Positions 51,405 through 61,439 of a stretch of DNA of 64,000 nt are shown here, piece by piece. Source of the DNA: Candidatus Latescibacterota bacterium. Its GTDB lineage: Bacteria > Latescibacterota > UBA2968. Location of the stretch: NCBI GenBank assembly GCA_965222605.1, contig OZ244960.1:5184001-5248000 (forward strand), in the 5' to 3' direction. The notes beneath the pieces are model-generated. The model searched no databases and had not been told where the DNA came from. It saw only the letters and a list, made by a program, of their open reading frames with translations. Position numbers and translations under genes: made by a program. The stretch's first letter is position 1; each line of letters begins with the position of its first letter.

Positions 51405-52595
51405 ATGCAGAAGCTCACTGTTTCACGAGATGACGAGATCTATGAAGCCTTCGCCGACATCGCTCGGACGCCGGACGGCACTCTTGTCTGCACCTACCGG
51501 GAAAGCCTGGCGCACGCTCCGTGGCCCTTCTCCAGGATTGTCGTGCGCCACAGCGAGGACGGTGGCTACACCTGGCAGCCCAAGCAGGTAGTCATTGAGA
51601 AGGATGGCAAGAAGGGGGAAGGGCGACTGAACTGTTCCCGCATCACAGTCTGCCGGGATGGAACCCTGTTGCTGATCGTAGATTTCTACGTGCCCGGTCG
51701 GGACCGGTTGGTGAATCCGGTCGAGAACCTGCTGTTCTGGAGCAGTGATTCGGGCCGGACATGGGAGGGGCCTATGGAGACGGGCATCACCGATGGGATC
51801 GTGCCTTCCATCAAGGAGCTTTCCAACGGCGACCTGCTCGTTGGTGTTACCCGCCAGCGTTCTACGGACGGGAGACTCTCCGGCCTGAAGGAAGAGCAGA
51901 CAATTTATCGTTCCGGCGACGGTGGTCGAACCTGGGATGGACCCTCAGTAGTTCCAGCCCCGCCTTACCTGCGGCTAAACGAAGGCGATTTTGCCGAACT
52001 GGACGATGGCACGGTGGTCTGCTACATGCGTGAAGATGGGGAGCGGTTCACGGGTTGGAAGAGTACTTCGAACGACGGTGGTCGCACATGGTCTGAAGCC
52101 TTTCGCAGCCAGATGCACTCCTGCCTTGGCCGTCCATCGGTCGGCCGGGTTCGGTCTGGCGAGATCGTTGTCACCTACCGCTTCTGCTCTGCGGTATCCA
52201 CCAGCTTGGCTCTGTATGTAGAGACTGCCGCCGAGGCGGTTCGCCGAGACGATCCGAACCCGAATGATTACGCGACCGACTATCGCCAGGCCAGGTTCGC
52301 CTTTCTGGACAATGACCGCAGCCTTCACCCCGATAGTGGCTATTCCGGGTGGGTGCAACTCCCCAGCGGCGATCTGTACGTGGTCAACTACATTACCGAT
52401 GACGCCCCCCGGGCTTTTATTCGGGGCTACATTGTCTCTCGCCATGATTGGTTTTTATTCCCGGAAGGCGCTGTGCCGTGTCTGCACCCATCATCCTCCC
52501 AGCCCTATGTAGAGTTGTCCGCCGAGTGGACCCGGAAGCAGCATGAGCGCAACCAGACGCAGGACTGGTCGCGCTACGTGCCAACACAGAAGTAA
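51405..52595 (+). CDS. Sialidase-like BNR/Asp-box beta-propeller protein
   Basis: Four SxDxGxTW boxes, DSGYS motif, GAGGAGG RBS, no signal peptide. Confidence 0.82.
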   Translation: MQKLTVSRDDEIYEAFADIARTPDGTLVCTYRESLAHAPWPFSRIVVRHSEDGGYTWQPKQVVIEKDGKKGEGRLNCSRITVCRDGTLLLIVDFYVPGRDRLVNPVENLLFWSSDSGRTWEGPMETGITDGIVPSIKELSNGDLLVGVTRQRSTDGRLSGLKEEQTIYRSGDGGRTWDGPSVVPAPPYLRLNEGDFAELDDGTVVCYMREDGERFTGWKSTSNDGGRTWSEAFRSQMHSCLGRPSVGRVRSGEIVVTYRFCSAVSTSLALYVETAAEAVRRDDPNPNDYATDYRQARFAFLDNDRSLHPDSGYSGWVQLPSGDLYVVNYITDDAPRAFIRGYIVSRHDWFLFPEGAVPCLHPSSSQPYVELSAEWTRKQHERNQTQDWSRYVPTQK

Positions 52596-52719
52596 GGAAG
52601 CGAACGCGCTGTTCAAGAGGAATATTAGCACTCGATTTACCATTATCCATGTTTTGCAATGCAGGTCCCCATCAGTTGCGCTATCTGGCGGGGATTTTCT
52701 ATACATGTGGTGGAGAATA

Positions 52720-54786
52720 ATGATCCGGAATATTCTGCACATAGGAATGGGCGTGGGCGTGGTCTTTTTGGGGCTGGTCGCCCTGGTGGAGTTACTGGGA
52801 TATGTGACCTGGTACCTGATGCCCAGGGATGCGGAGTCGATGCAACAGGCGTCCGAGTTTGAGGAGATCATGGGCAGGTTGGTACAAAGCCCCACAGAGG
52901 GGTCTATCCGGGTTGTGGTGCCAGACCGACACCCGAAGACGGCAAAAGCCGTGCATCGGGTTATGGAGTGGCCGCAGAAATGGGGACGACAGTTTCGGGA
53001 AGCTCCGATGCTAAAAAAGAGGGTGGCGGTGGGGGATCTACCACCGGTTGAGGACAGGGTGCCGGAAAATCCACTGATGATTGTACCGCCCCATCAGAAC
53101 GGGCCTTATGGAGGTACCTGGACGCGATTTGCAACGGGACCGAGAGATATAGGTATTGTTGAAGCGCGGTTTGCCTATGAGGGATTGGTGAGATGGGATC
53201 CGATGGGGCAAAAAATTCTTCCCAATCTGGCAACGCATTGGGAGATATCCGATGGGGGACGGACCTATACGTTCTGGCTGCGAAAGGGGGTGCGCTGGTC
53301 AGATGGGCATCCCTTTACGGTAGAGGATATTTTCTTCTGGCATGAAAATGTGCTGAATAATCAGGAGTTGACGCCGGTGGTCGCGCGGGATTTTCAGCGG
53401 GGAGGCGAGGTGATGGCGATGGAAAAAGTCGATGCTTACACCGTGCGTTTTCGCTTCAAGCGACCCAATGGTCTCTTTCTGAAATTGCTGGCATGGGGAC
53501 GCGGATACGAAATGTTGCGGTACCCGGCGCATTATATGGCGCAGTTTCATCCGCGGTATGTGGCACTGGAGAAATTAGAAGCGATGGCAAGGGAACACGG
53601 TTTTGATTTCTGGCACCAGCTTTTTCAAGACAAGCGAGACTGGCGGAACCCGGATATCCCCAGATTGTGGCCGTGGGTGGTCGTGGCACCTCCGCCCGCT
53701 CGTCCTTCTGTACTTGAGCGAAATCCCTATTATTGGAAGGTGGATCCAGAGGGGAACCAGCTTCCTTATATTGATCGTATGACCTTCGAGATTTATGACC
53801 GCGAGACGATCAATCTCAAAGCGATTAACGGGGAGATCGGGATGCAGGGGCGGCATATTCTGATCGAAAATTATTCCTTATTTATGGAAAATCAGTCACG
53901 CGGAGGGTACAGGGTGCTGCACTGGATTACTGGCGGAACCGGGGGTGAGAGTGTTGCGTTGAATTTGAACCACAAAGATCCGGTGATGCGCGAAATTATT
54001 TGGGATCGTCGGTTCCGCATTGCGCTGTCATATGCGATTGATCGGGGGGCGATTAACGAGGTCGGTGGGTTTGGTATCGGTCAGCCGAGACAACCGGCAC
54101 CTTTGCAAACATCGGTACATTATTCAGAGGCGTTTGAAAAAGCATATATCGAATATAAGCCGGATAAGGCCAACTCGCTTTTGGACGAGATGGGACTGAT
54201 GGAGAGAGATCGGTCCGGTATGCGATTGCGGCCGGATGGAAAGCCGATCAGGCTGGCAATTGAAACGATGTCGCTCAACAACCGGGTGCTGGAATTGGTG
54301 GCGAATTATTGGACGGCGGTGGGGGTGAAGACGGAGATCAAAGAGGAAGCCCGACAGCTTTATTACGAGCGAAGAAAGGCACTGATACACGATGCGGCAA
54401 CTGCGGGGGGTGAGGTTCAGAACCCACTTCTGGAACCGCGCCTGTTTGTCCCCTATAATGTGGGTTCGAGCCACGCGATTGGGTTCACGCATTGGCTTTT
54501 GACGAATGGAAAACGGGGGGAGACGCCTACAGGGGATATGCGACGCTGCATTGAACTGTTCTGGCAGATTGAGGAGACGCCTGACGAGGCGGAACAGGTT
54601 CGGTTGTTTGGGGAGATTGTAGAATTGAATCGGAAAAATCTCTGGGTGATCGGAACAATCGGGAGCATGCCCTCGATTATGCTGGTACACAATACATTTC
54701 GGAATGTGCCGGAAGTCGCCATGGCGTCATGGTCGGTCCGCACGCCCGCAAATACGGCGGTTGAGTGTTATGCGATTGAGCCATAG
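52720..54786 (+). CDS. Family-5 ABC substrate-binding protein with N-terminal anchor (orphan)
   Basis: EAPML...LPPVEDRVPENP, GPYGG, LRKGVRWSDGHPFTVED, RNPYYWKVDPEGNQLPYID; start at ATG 52720 after GGAG. Confidence 0.87.
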   Translation: MIRNILHIGMGVGVVFLGLVALVELLGYVTWYLMPRDAESMQQASEFEEIMGRLVQSPTEGSIRVVVPDRHPKTAKAVHRVMEWPQKWGRQFREAPMLKKRVAVGDLPPVEDRVPENPLMIVPPHQNGPYGGTWTRFATGPRDIGIVEARFAYEGLVRWDPMGQKILPNLATHWEISDGGRTYTFWLRKGVRWSDGHPFTVEDIFFWHENVLNNQELTPVVARDFQRGGEVMAMEKVDAYTVRFRFKRPNGLFLKLLAWGRGYEMLRYPAHYMAQFHPRYVALEKLEAMAREHGFDFWHQLFQDKRDWRNPDIPRLWPWVVVAPPPARPSVLERNPYYWKVDPEGNQLPYIDRMTFEIYDRETINLKAINGEIGMQGRHILIENYSLFMENQSRGGYRVLHWITGGTGGESVALNLNHKDPVMREIIWDRRFRIALSYAIDRGAINEVGGFGIGQPRQPAPLQTSVHYSEAFEKAYIEYKPDKANSLLDEMGLMERDRSGMRLRPDGKPIRLAIETMSLNNRVLELVANYWTAVGVKTEIKEEARQLYYERRKALIHDAATAGGEVQNPLLEPRLFVPYNVGSSHAIGFTHWLLTNGKRGETPTGDMRRCIELFWQIEETPDEAEQVRLFGEIVELNRKNLWVIGTIGSMPSIMLVHNTFRNVPEVAMASWSVRTPANTAVECYAIEP

Positions 54787-54808
54787 CCTATAGGAAGGAT
54801 GTGGATGA

Positions 54809-55836
54809 TTACTCGTCTATTGCCGAAAACTGAGCGGTTTGTTCAATCTTGCCATCGACAATGCCCATGTATCCAATTAGCATTTCGTCAAAACTTTGCT
54901 CACCCCAGTGGACCGTTGCGGACGGGTCGGGGTTGAGTTTGTTTTTCGCCGAATTGTCAAAGACGGCATGGCTGACTACGCGCGTTCCTGCGGGCAGGTA
55001 TTTGGGGGTCGAGGGGGCGTAGAACCGCTGCCAGTTGAATGTGTAATTGGGCACAGAGAGCAGGTTTTCGCGGGTTCCATCGGGATAATGGGCCACATAT
55101 CGAAAGCCCGCGCCCCGGAAGTGCATGTGGGGGAAGAAGGTGTAGAGCGTTACACCCTTTTCAAAGACTTTTATGGATGAATCGCGATGGGCACTGGCAT
55201 GTGGTGGGATTTTAATTTTCGGATTGGCGGGGCCGACCACGCGGTGTTCGCGCAGGTTTTGTGCATTGGTGAAATACAACCCCAGTTTGCTTTCATCCAC
55301 TTCGGGGCGTCCAGTAGTCGTGTAGTGGATTTGAAATTGGAGTTTGCTCCCTTTGGGGAGTAGTTGCGCCGTGCCCTTGGGCAGCATGACACCGTCCATG
55401 CCCGGTACATAAGAGGCAAAGATGCCGTCTAACCACCGGTTCTTTTTGACGGTTTTCAGTTTGTGTCCTTTGGGATAGATCACGCGCGCCAGTGCATGGC
55501 TGCGCGATTTCCCGGCAGAAATTCGGTACCTCGCACCCGCACATCGCGGTCGTCTTGCAAATTGGCATTGAGCATTAAAAATTGTACGCCTTTGGGCGCG
55601 TATTCATCGCGTATTGCGTTGAGGCTATGCACTGCATTGCGCACAATTGGGCAACCATTGCCCTGGACGAATAAGACGATGGCTGATGCGTCTGAATGCT
55701 CATAGAGCGTGTGGAATTCGCCGTTCTGGTCATAAAGGCCAAAATCATTAACGACAATATCCACCGATTGTGGCGTTTCGGGAATAGCAGAACAGCCGAT
55801 GAGAAGACAGGAAAGAATATACGAGAGGTGTTTCAT
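54809..55836 (-). pseudogene. Redoxin + copper type II monooxygenase-like lipoprotein, internally deleted and frameshifted
   Basis: ORF 55480..55836 has a lipobox and CPIVR redoxin start, then jumps to VRGTEFLPGNRAAMH; ORF 54809..55483 has QIHY, PHMHFRG, YTFNWQ, WGEQSFDEM. Confidence 0.78.
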
Positions 55837-55847
55837 AATATCTCTAT

Positions 55848-56750
55848 TTAAAAATCGCTACTTCGCAACAATTCCAGTACGCGATCGAGGTCATCATTGC
55901 TGTAAAATTCGATTTCGATTTTGCCCCTGGAGCCTCTGCGGTTGATGTTGACCGCTGTGCCAAAATAACGCTGGAGATCTTCTTCAAGAAATAGCAGGTT
56001 GGGATCTTTAGGCGGCGTGGATTTTTTTTCTGTGGTGCCTTCTTTTAGTGCTTTGACGAGGGCTTCTGTGCGGCGAACCGATAGTCCCTGTGCAATAATC
56101 TGCTGGCATAAGGCAATTTGTTGATCCGCGTTGTCAAGGCCCAGGAGTGTGCGGGCGTGACCAGCTGATATCTGCCCGGCTTGCAGGGCGTCGAGTACTT
56201 CAGATGCCAATGCGAGGAGGCGCAAGGTGTTGGCAACGGTGGAGCGGTCTTTGCCCACGTGTTCAGCAACCTCCTCCTGTGTGAGAAAACACTCGTCTAT
56301 GAGCATGCGATAAGCTCTGGCTTCTTCTATGGGGTTGAGATTTTCTCGCTGAATATTTTCAATCAGCGAGAGTTCCATCATTTCCTGGTCTGTACCCACA
56401 TCCATAACAATTGCAGGTACAACCGTGAGTTCGGCCTGGCGCGCGGCGCGAAAACGACGCTCGCCTGCGATCAGTTGATAGCCCGATCCAAAGCGGCGCA
56501 CGGAAATAGGCTGAATGATGCCTTTTTCGCGGATTGATTGCGCCAATTCGCTCACGGCTTTGGGATCAAATTCCGTGCGCGGCTGGTGGGGGTTGGGTTC
56601 AATATCATCAATGGATATTTCGATGATTTGCCTATGGCTCTGCCCCATGAGTGAAGGGGCTATTTCCGATGTGATCTGGTTGGCAGGGGTTTCATCGGCA
56701 CCGGGAATCAGGGCGCCCAATCCCTTGCCAAGGGCATTGCGTTTAGCCAT
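55848..56750 (-). CDS. parB: Chromosome partitioning protein ParB (Spo0J)
   Basis: LGKGLGALI, NPHQPR, IAGERRFRA, ENIQRENLNPIEEA, HTH. Confidence 0.95.
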   Translation of the reverse strand: MAKRNALGKGLGALIPGADETPANQITSEIAPSLMGQSHRQIIEISIDDIEPNPHQPRTEFDPKAVSELAQSIREKGIIQPISVRRFGSGYQLIAGERRFRAARQAELTVVPAIVMDVGTDQEMMELSLIENIQRENLNPIEEARAYRMLIDECFLTQEEVAEHVGKDRSTVANTLRLLALASEVLDALQAGQISAGHARTLLGLDNADQQIALCQQIIAQGLSVRRTEALVKALKEGTTEKKSTPPKDPNLLFLEEDLQRYFGTAVNINRRGSRGKIEIEFYSNDDLDRVLELLRSSDF

Positions 56751-57504
56751 TGAGGACCTCCCCGGCTAAGTTCATGTAATTTTGCGCGCCGGTAGATATA
56801 ATATCGTAGAGGATGATGGGTTTGCCAAAACTGGGTGCTTCGCCAAGTTTGACGTTGCGAGTGATAATCGTATTATAGACGCGGTCGCCAAAATGCGATT
56901 TGGTTTCTTCGGCAACCTGGCGCGCTAGATTGAGACGCCCATCGTACATGGTGAGCAGTACGCCTTCAATAGTGAGATGTGGATTGAGGTGTTGCTGCAC
57001 GAGGTGCAGGGTGTTGAGCAATTTACTCAGGCCTTCAAGCGCGTAGAATTCGCATTGTATGGGAATGAGCACAGAGTCGGCTGCCGTCAGCGCATTGAGC
57101 GTGAGCAATCCCAGTGCGGGGGGGCAGTCGATGATGATGAAGTCATAGGTTTCACGCGCTTGTAGGAGGGCATTTTTGAGGCGTTGTTCGCGCGATGTGA
57201 CGGAGACCATTTCCACTTCGGCGCCGATGAGGCGAATGTGAGAGGGCGCAATGCTGAGAAAGGGCAAGTCGCTTTCGTGGATTACTTCCATTAAGGGCAC
57301 GTCTTCGAGAAGCACTTCGTACACACAAGGCGTTTGTTCATCTATCACAATGCCACATCCGCTGGACGCATTGGCCTGTGGGTCTATGTCGAATAGCAGG
57401 GTTTGCTTTTCGGCAGTAGCCAGACACGCAGATAGGTTGACTGCGGTGGTGGTTTTGCCCACGCCGCCTTTTTGATTGGCTATGGCTATGACGCGTGCGG
57501 ACAT
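56743..57504 (-). CDS. parA: Chromosome partitioning ATPase ParA (Soj)
   Basis: NQKGGVGKTTT, DPQANA, DCPP, PIQCEFYALEG, EAPSFGKP. Confidence 0.95.
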   Translation of the reverse strand: MSARVIAIANQKGGVGKTTTAVNLSACLATAEKQTLLFDIDPQANASSGCGIVIDEQTPCVYEVLLEDVPLMEVIHESDLPFLSIAPSHIRLIGAEVEMVSVTSREQRLKNALLQARETYDFIIIDCPPALGLLTLNALTAADSVLIPIQCEFYALEGLSKLLNTLHLVQQHLNPHLTIEGVLLTMYDGRLNLARQVAEETKSHFGDRVYNTIITRNVKLGEAPSFGKPIILYDIISTGAQNYMNLAGEVLNG

Positions 57505-57553
57505 TTCAAACCCCGTAAATTTACTTTATAAATAGAGATATTCAAGTCGGTAG

Positions 57554-57582
57554 AATATAGTGTACGCATAGGGGAAAATCAA
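57554..57582 (-). promoter_or_regulatory. Putative sigma70 promoter of parAB
   Basis: TTGATT-17 bp-TATATT on the minus strand. Confidence 0.5.
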
Positions 57583-57630
57583 GCGCGGGCATTTATCGCT
57601 GCTTCTCGTTGTGGGATGGAAAGGCGAGGA

Positions 57631-59193
57631 TTATGGTGCTTTTTGCAATGGCTTATCTGAATACTGTGTAACATCAGAAAAAAGTACAAATTGGGATTCA
57701 CTAACGTCAGATTTTGGCATATATCGCGCGAGATGCTGGTCTTTGTGAAGTATCTCTGCAAGTGCGATCAAATCCAAACGCTTGAGTATATCGGCTGTAA
57801 TCGGACGTTTGGCATCCCAAAAAATGAAAGCATGCAAAAATTCATGCGCTGCTTTTGAGTTGAGGAGGTCTGCGAATAAAATCGCTTCATCTCGATTTGT
57901 GCATGGAAGAATATAACAGGTATCGTCAACCATTGCGGGTTTTCCGTCCAGAGGAGGGATGATTGAGAATTGAATTTTTTTGTATAACCCTGAAATCGCT
58001 ACTTTCCACTGGGCAAAGGAATAATCGCCGATGCCGAAGATAGAAAAACGCGGTTTATTTTTGTAAATAGAGCTTTTTCGCCGATCCAATTTGTCCGCAT
58101 GGTTTGTGAGATAAGCCCAGGTTCTGGGTGCCTTTTCTCGAATGATACGGGTTTCATCGCCGACTTTTCGCTGGGGTATGAGAACCCATCGCTCGGGCAT
58201 TTCTGTTTTGCATTTGACGACATGTGAACTTTTGTAAAGTGGGAACACAAACGTATCTTCTATATCGACAACTTCGCCTATGCCATTTACAAAAGTGCCA
58301 TTTTTGCGCGTAAATTCCATTATGCGGGCGCAGTCGTGCTTTACACCCGACCGCCATTTGAAAGGAATATGACCATCGAGTTGAGACCACTTTTTATATT
58401 TTTTTAAATCAGCTAAAATTTCAGTATTGTGCATCCCTATCTCAGAGATTTTACATTTATCCGAAATGCCCTGAAAAACATCGCACGATTTTGTTTTTGA
58501 AGGCGTGCCCGTCCTGCATACCAATAAGCACGCGGAGACAGAGACATTGAAATGCGCCTTAGAATCTATGATATACAAACGGGTATCGGAGATGCGAAAA
58601 TCGCGATTCCATATATATTTCAGTACTTTTCTCGCAACTGTGGTTTTGCAAAGCATCGCCAATAATGCGCTTCTGCTCTGTATTTTATCCAGTAGATGAA
58701 TGAGCATCCACTCGGATATATCGAAGTTGGATTTTCCCGTTATTGCATCGAATCCTTTGTGTCCCTGAAAATTGCTCTTAGAAGGTAGATTCGATCCCCG
58801 AATGCGCCCCAAACCCGAATTTGTTACCCAGGGCGGGTTGCCAAGTATTAGAATGGGTTGTGGCAGGTGGGCCAAAATATCTTCCCAATCAAGTTGAAAA
58901 AAATCTTCATTTTTGAGTTCGATTCGCGTATGGTCTCTTCCTTGCAGTCTTCGCTCAAGTGCCAGTAAATATTCCCTGTTGATTTCAATGCCCAAAAATT
59001 TTTGTGCCTGTTCAAAAGCGGCCATAGCACTCACTATAAATCCACCGGTGCCGCACGTTGGTTCAATGACGCTCTCTGGGCGCACGCCCATAGAATGCAG
59101 GAAATGACATATCTCATCTGTGAGTTCAGACGGCGTTTGAAAGTCACCAAATTCCACTTCACGGAGAGAATTTACTGTCAATTCGGGTTTCAT
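57631..59193 (-). CDS. Type II N6-adenine DNA methyltransferase (gamma-class motif order), apparently orphan
   Basis: GDFQTP, IEPTCGTGGF (motif I), GNPPW (motif IV), C-terminal TRD region; AT-rich relative to flanks. Confidence 0.85.
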   Translation of the reverse strand: MKPELTVNSLREVEFGDFQTPSELTDEICHFLHSMGVRPESVIEPTCGTGGFIVSAMAAFEQAQKFLGIEINREYLLALERRLQGRDHTRIELKNEDFFQLDWEDILAHLPQPILILGNPPWVTNSGLGRIRGSNLPSKSNFQGHKGFDAITGKSNFDISEWMLIHLLDKIQSRSALLAMLCKTTVARKVLKYIWNRDFRISDTRLYIIDSKAHFNVSVSACLLVCRTGTPSKTKSCDVFQGISDKCKISEIGMHNTEILADLKKYKKWSQLDGHIPFKWRSGVKHDCARIMEFTRKNGTFVNGIGEVVDIEDTFVFPLYKSSHVVKCKTEMPERWVLIPQRKVGDETRIIREKAPRTWAYLTNHADKLDRRKSSIYKNKPRFSIFGIGDYSFAQWKVAISGLYKKIQFSIIPPLDGKPAMVDDTCYILPCTNRDEAILFADLLNSKAAHEFLHAFIFWDAKRPITADILKRLDLIALAEILHKDQHLARYMPKSDVSESQFVLFSDVTQYSDKPLQKAP

Positions 59194-59370
59194 TTTGGCT
59201 TTCCTGTGTGTGTACGACTTGAAGATAGTCATTTTTCGGCGTTTTTCAAGTCCCCATCAATTCTTTTTGGCAATTTTTGGATAGACATATCTCATTTAGG
59301 ACGTCGGGACTTTGGGCAAATTTTGGGCGACTGATTTTTAAATAAAAACCAATTTGTTGAACCAAAACAA

Positions 59371-59503
59371 AAGCCCGCCTCCTCAATAGAAGCGGGCCCT
59401 GCTGTTTGTAAACACAATAGGAGATTACTCTGCCAGTGCAGCGTGGGCGGCTGCGAGGCGGGCGATGGGGAAGGGCGAACAGGATACGTAATCCATGCCA
59501 ATT
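59371..59503 (-). repeat. Displaced duplicate of the ppdK 3' end and its terminator
   Basis: Translates IGMDYVSCSPF--PIARLAAAHAALAE*; 59416..59469 is identical to 61431..61484; related hairpin at 59371..59400. Confidence 0.9.
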
Positions 59504-59753
59504 GCGTATTTCTGACGGATTATGCAGGTGAGAAAGATTGGCATATACCTTGTTCGGTAATGAAACTATTTGAGTAACAAGAGGCAGTCGGTTATATTTG
59601 TCGTCACGACAAGCGACGAGCGAAGGTGGCAATATACGTACCATAACGCATACGGGCACAAGTGTCACGCGCTACTGCTGGGCGTGACACTACCTCGTAT
59701 TCATCAAATAACGCGCCAGCCTTACAGAAAGAATAGAGAAGGATACTCAATTC

Positions 59754-61331
59754 ATGCGCTTCTTCAATACGAGCGGACCGGTGGTGGCCGCAGACCATTA
59801 CTGCATCCCACCTCTAAAACGGCTAAACCTCGCCGCGGTTCGCAGGCTCATTCGCGACAAACGCTACTTTGTCCTGCACGCACCCCGGCAGACGGGCAAG
59901 ACCTCGGCATTGTTGGCTTTGCGCGATCTACTCAATGCCGAGGGCACCTACCGATGCGTGTACGTCAATGTTGAAGGTGGGCAGGCCGGGCGCGAAGATG
60001 TGGAACAGGTGATGCGCACCATTTTGGGCGAACTGGCTTCCTGGGCGCGCTTGACGCTGCGCGACGAGTTCCTGGACGAGATTTGGGTCGACATCTTGGC
60101 AAAATACGGCCCGCACGTTGCGCTACGCGAGGCGTTGACGCGCTGGGCGCAGGCCGATCCCAAATCCCTGGTGTTGCTCATTGACGAGATTGACGCGCTC
60201 ATCGGCGATTCTCTACTGTCGGTGTTGCGGCAGTTGCGGGCAGGATATGTTCTGCGCCCGGGGGGATTTCCACAAAGCGTGGTGCTGTGCGGTGTGCGCG
60301 ATGTGCGCGATTACCGCATCCACTCCAGTTCGGCCAACGCCATCATCACTGGCGGTAGCGCGTTCAACATCAAAGCGCGATCCTTGCGCCTGGGTGACTT
60401 CTCGCAAGACGAGGTGATCGCCCTGCTCGGGCAGCATACGGAGGAGACGGAACAGGTGTTCACGCCCGACGCGCAGGAGACGATCTGGACGCAGACGCAA
60501 GGACAGCCCTGGCTGGTCAACGCGCTGGCAGATGAGACCTGTTTCCATGACGGTGACACAGCAGACCGACATCGTCCGATCACCGCCACCGACATCCACA
60601 ACGCTCAAGAGCAACTCATCCTGCGCCGAGAAACACATCTGGATCAGTTGGCGGACAAATTGCAGGAAGAGCGCGTGCGGCGCGTTGTCGAGCCCCTCTT
60701 GAGCGGCGCCCAGGAACGCCACTTCATTGACCGCGATCTGGAGTATGTGCGAGATCTCGGCCTGGTGGCTCAGGATTTGCCGTACCGCATTGCCAATCCG
60801 ATCTACGCGGAGGTCGTTCCCCGCGAACTGACGTGGGTGGTACAAGGGGAATTTGAGCAGGACACCGCATGGTACGTCACTGTCGATGGTAGCCTGGACG
60901 TGGTCAAGCTGATGACCGAGTTTCAGACATTTTTTCGCGAGCACTCGGAACATTGGGTGACGCGGTTTCAATACCAGGAGGCCGGTCCACAGTTGCTGTT
61001 GCAGGCATTTCTCCAGCGTATTGTCAACAGTGGCGGGCGCATTGAGCGGGAGTATGGCCTGGGCAGGATGCGTACAGATCTGCTGATTGTCTGGCCGCAG
61101 GGCGATCAGACGTGCAAAGTCGTAATTGAGTGCAAAATTCTCCACAAGAGCTTAGAGCAGACCATCGCCGAGGGTCTGGAACAGACGGCGGAGTATATGG
61201 ATCGCTGTGCAGCAGAGGCGGGGCATTTAGTGATTTTTGATCGCCGTGAAGGCAGGCGTTGGGGGGATAAAGTGTTCCATTGCCGAGGAACGTCGGGCAG
61301 CGGGGCAGAGATCGACATTTGGGGCATGTGA
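59754..61331 (+). CDS. AAA ATPase fused to a C-terminal PD-(D/E)XK nuclease-like domain
   Basis: RFFNTSGP, Walker A APRQTGKTS, Walker B LLIDEID, TQGQPWLVN, C-terminal REY..GRMRTDLLI...VIECK. Confidence 0.85.
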   Translation: MRFFNTSGPVVAADHYCIPPLKRLNLAAVRRLIRDKRYFVLHAPRQTGKTSALLALRDLLNAEGTYRCVYVNVEGGQAGREDVEQVMRTILGELASWARLTLRDEFLDEIWVDILAKYGPHVALREALTRWAQADPKSLVLLIDEIDALIGDSLLSVLRQLRAGYVLRPGGFPQSVVLCGVRDVRDYRIHSSSANAIITGGSAFNIKARSLRLGDFSQDEVIALLGQHTEETEQVFTPDAQETIWTQTQGQPWLVNALADETCFHDGDTADRHRPITATDIHNAQEQLILRRETHLDQLADKLQEERVRRVVEPLLSGAQERHFIDRDLEYVRDLGLVAQDLPYRIANPIYAEVVPRELTWVVQGEFEQDTAWYVTVDGSLDVVKLMTEFQTFFREHSEHWVTRFQYQEAGPQLLLQAFLQRIVNSGGRIEREYGLGRMRTDLLIVWPQGDQTCKVVIECKILHKSLEQTIAEGLEQTAEYMDRCAAEAGHLVIFDRREGRRWGDKVFHCRGTSGSGAEIDIWGM

Positions 61332-61378
61332 CAGCATCTCCGTGCATCGCAGGAAAATTGGAATGACATACAACAAGT

Positions 61379-61412
61379 AAGTGCCCGCTCCTCAACGGAA
61401 GCGGGCACTTTT
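61379..61412. terminator. Terminator between the convergent ppdK and ATPase genes
   Basis: AAGTGCCCGCT-loop-AGCGGGCACTTTT. Confidence 0.8.
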
Positions 61413-61439
61413 GTATTTACCCCTATTGGAAATAGGAGA

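Noticed and set aside
52625-52651. TTAGCACTC CIRCE half-site
   Set aside because: The second arm GAGTGCTAA is absent and the downstream gene is not a chaperone
5027-52720. Long N-terminal extensions in the ORF track (5027, 6048, 14514, 35001, 44420, 46826, 48574, 52543 ORFs)
   Set aside because: Upstream in-frame starts often overlap neighbouring genes; downstream ATGs, most with a clear RBS, match the family N-termini
55480-55483. TGA as selenocysteine or read-through codon
   Set aside because: The downstream domain is in a different frame, so a frameshift is needed, not recoding
59538-59554. Sigma54-like TTGGCAT-N5-TTGT
   Set aside because: The -12 GC is not conserved and there is no supporting activator context
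55848-59750. parS site near parAB
   Set aside because: No match to the TGTTTCACGTGAAACA consensus was seen; the 59598 palindrome differs
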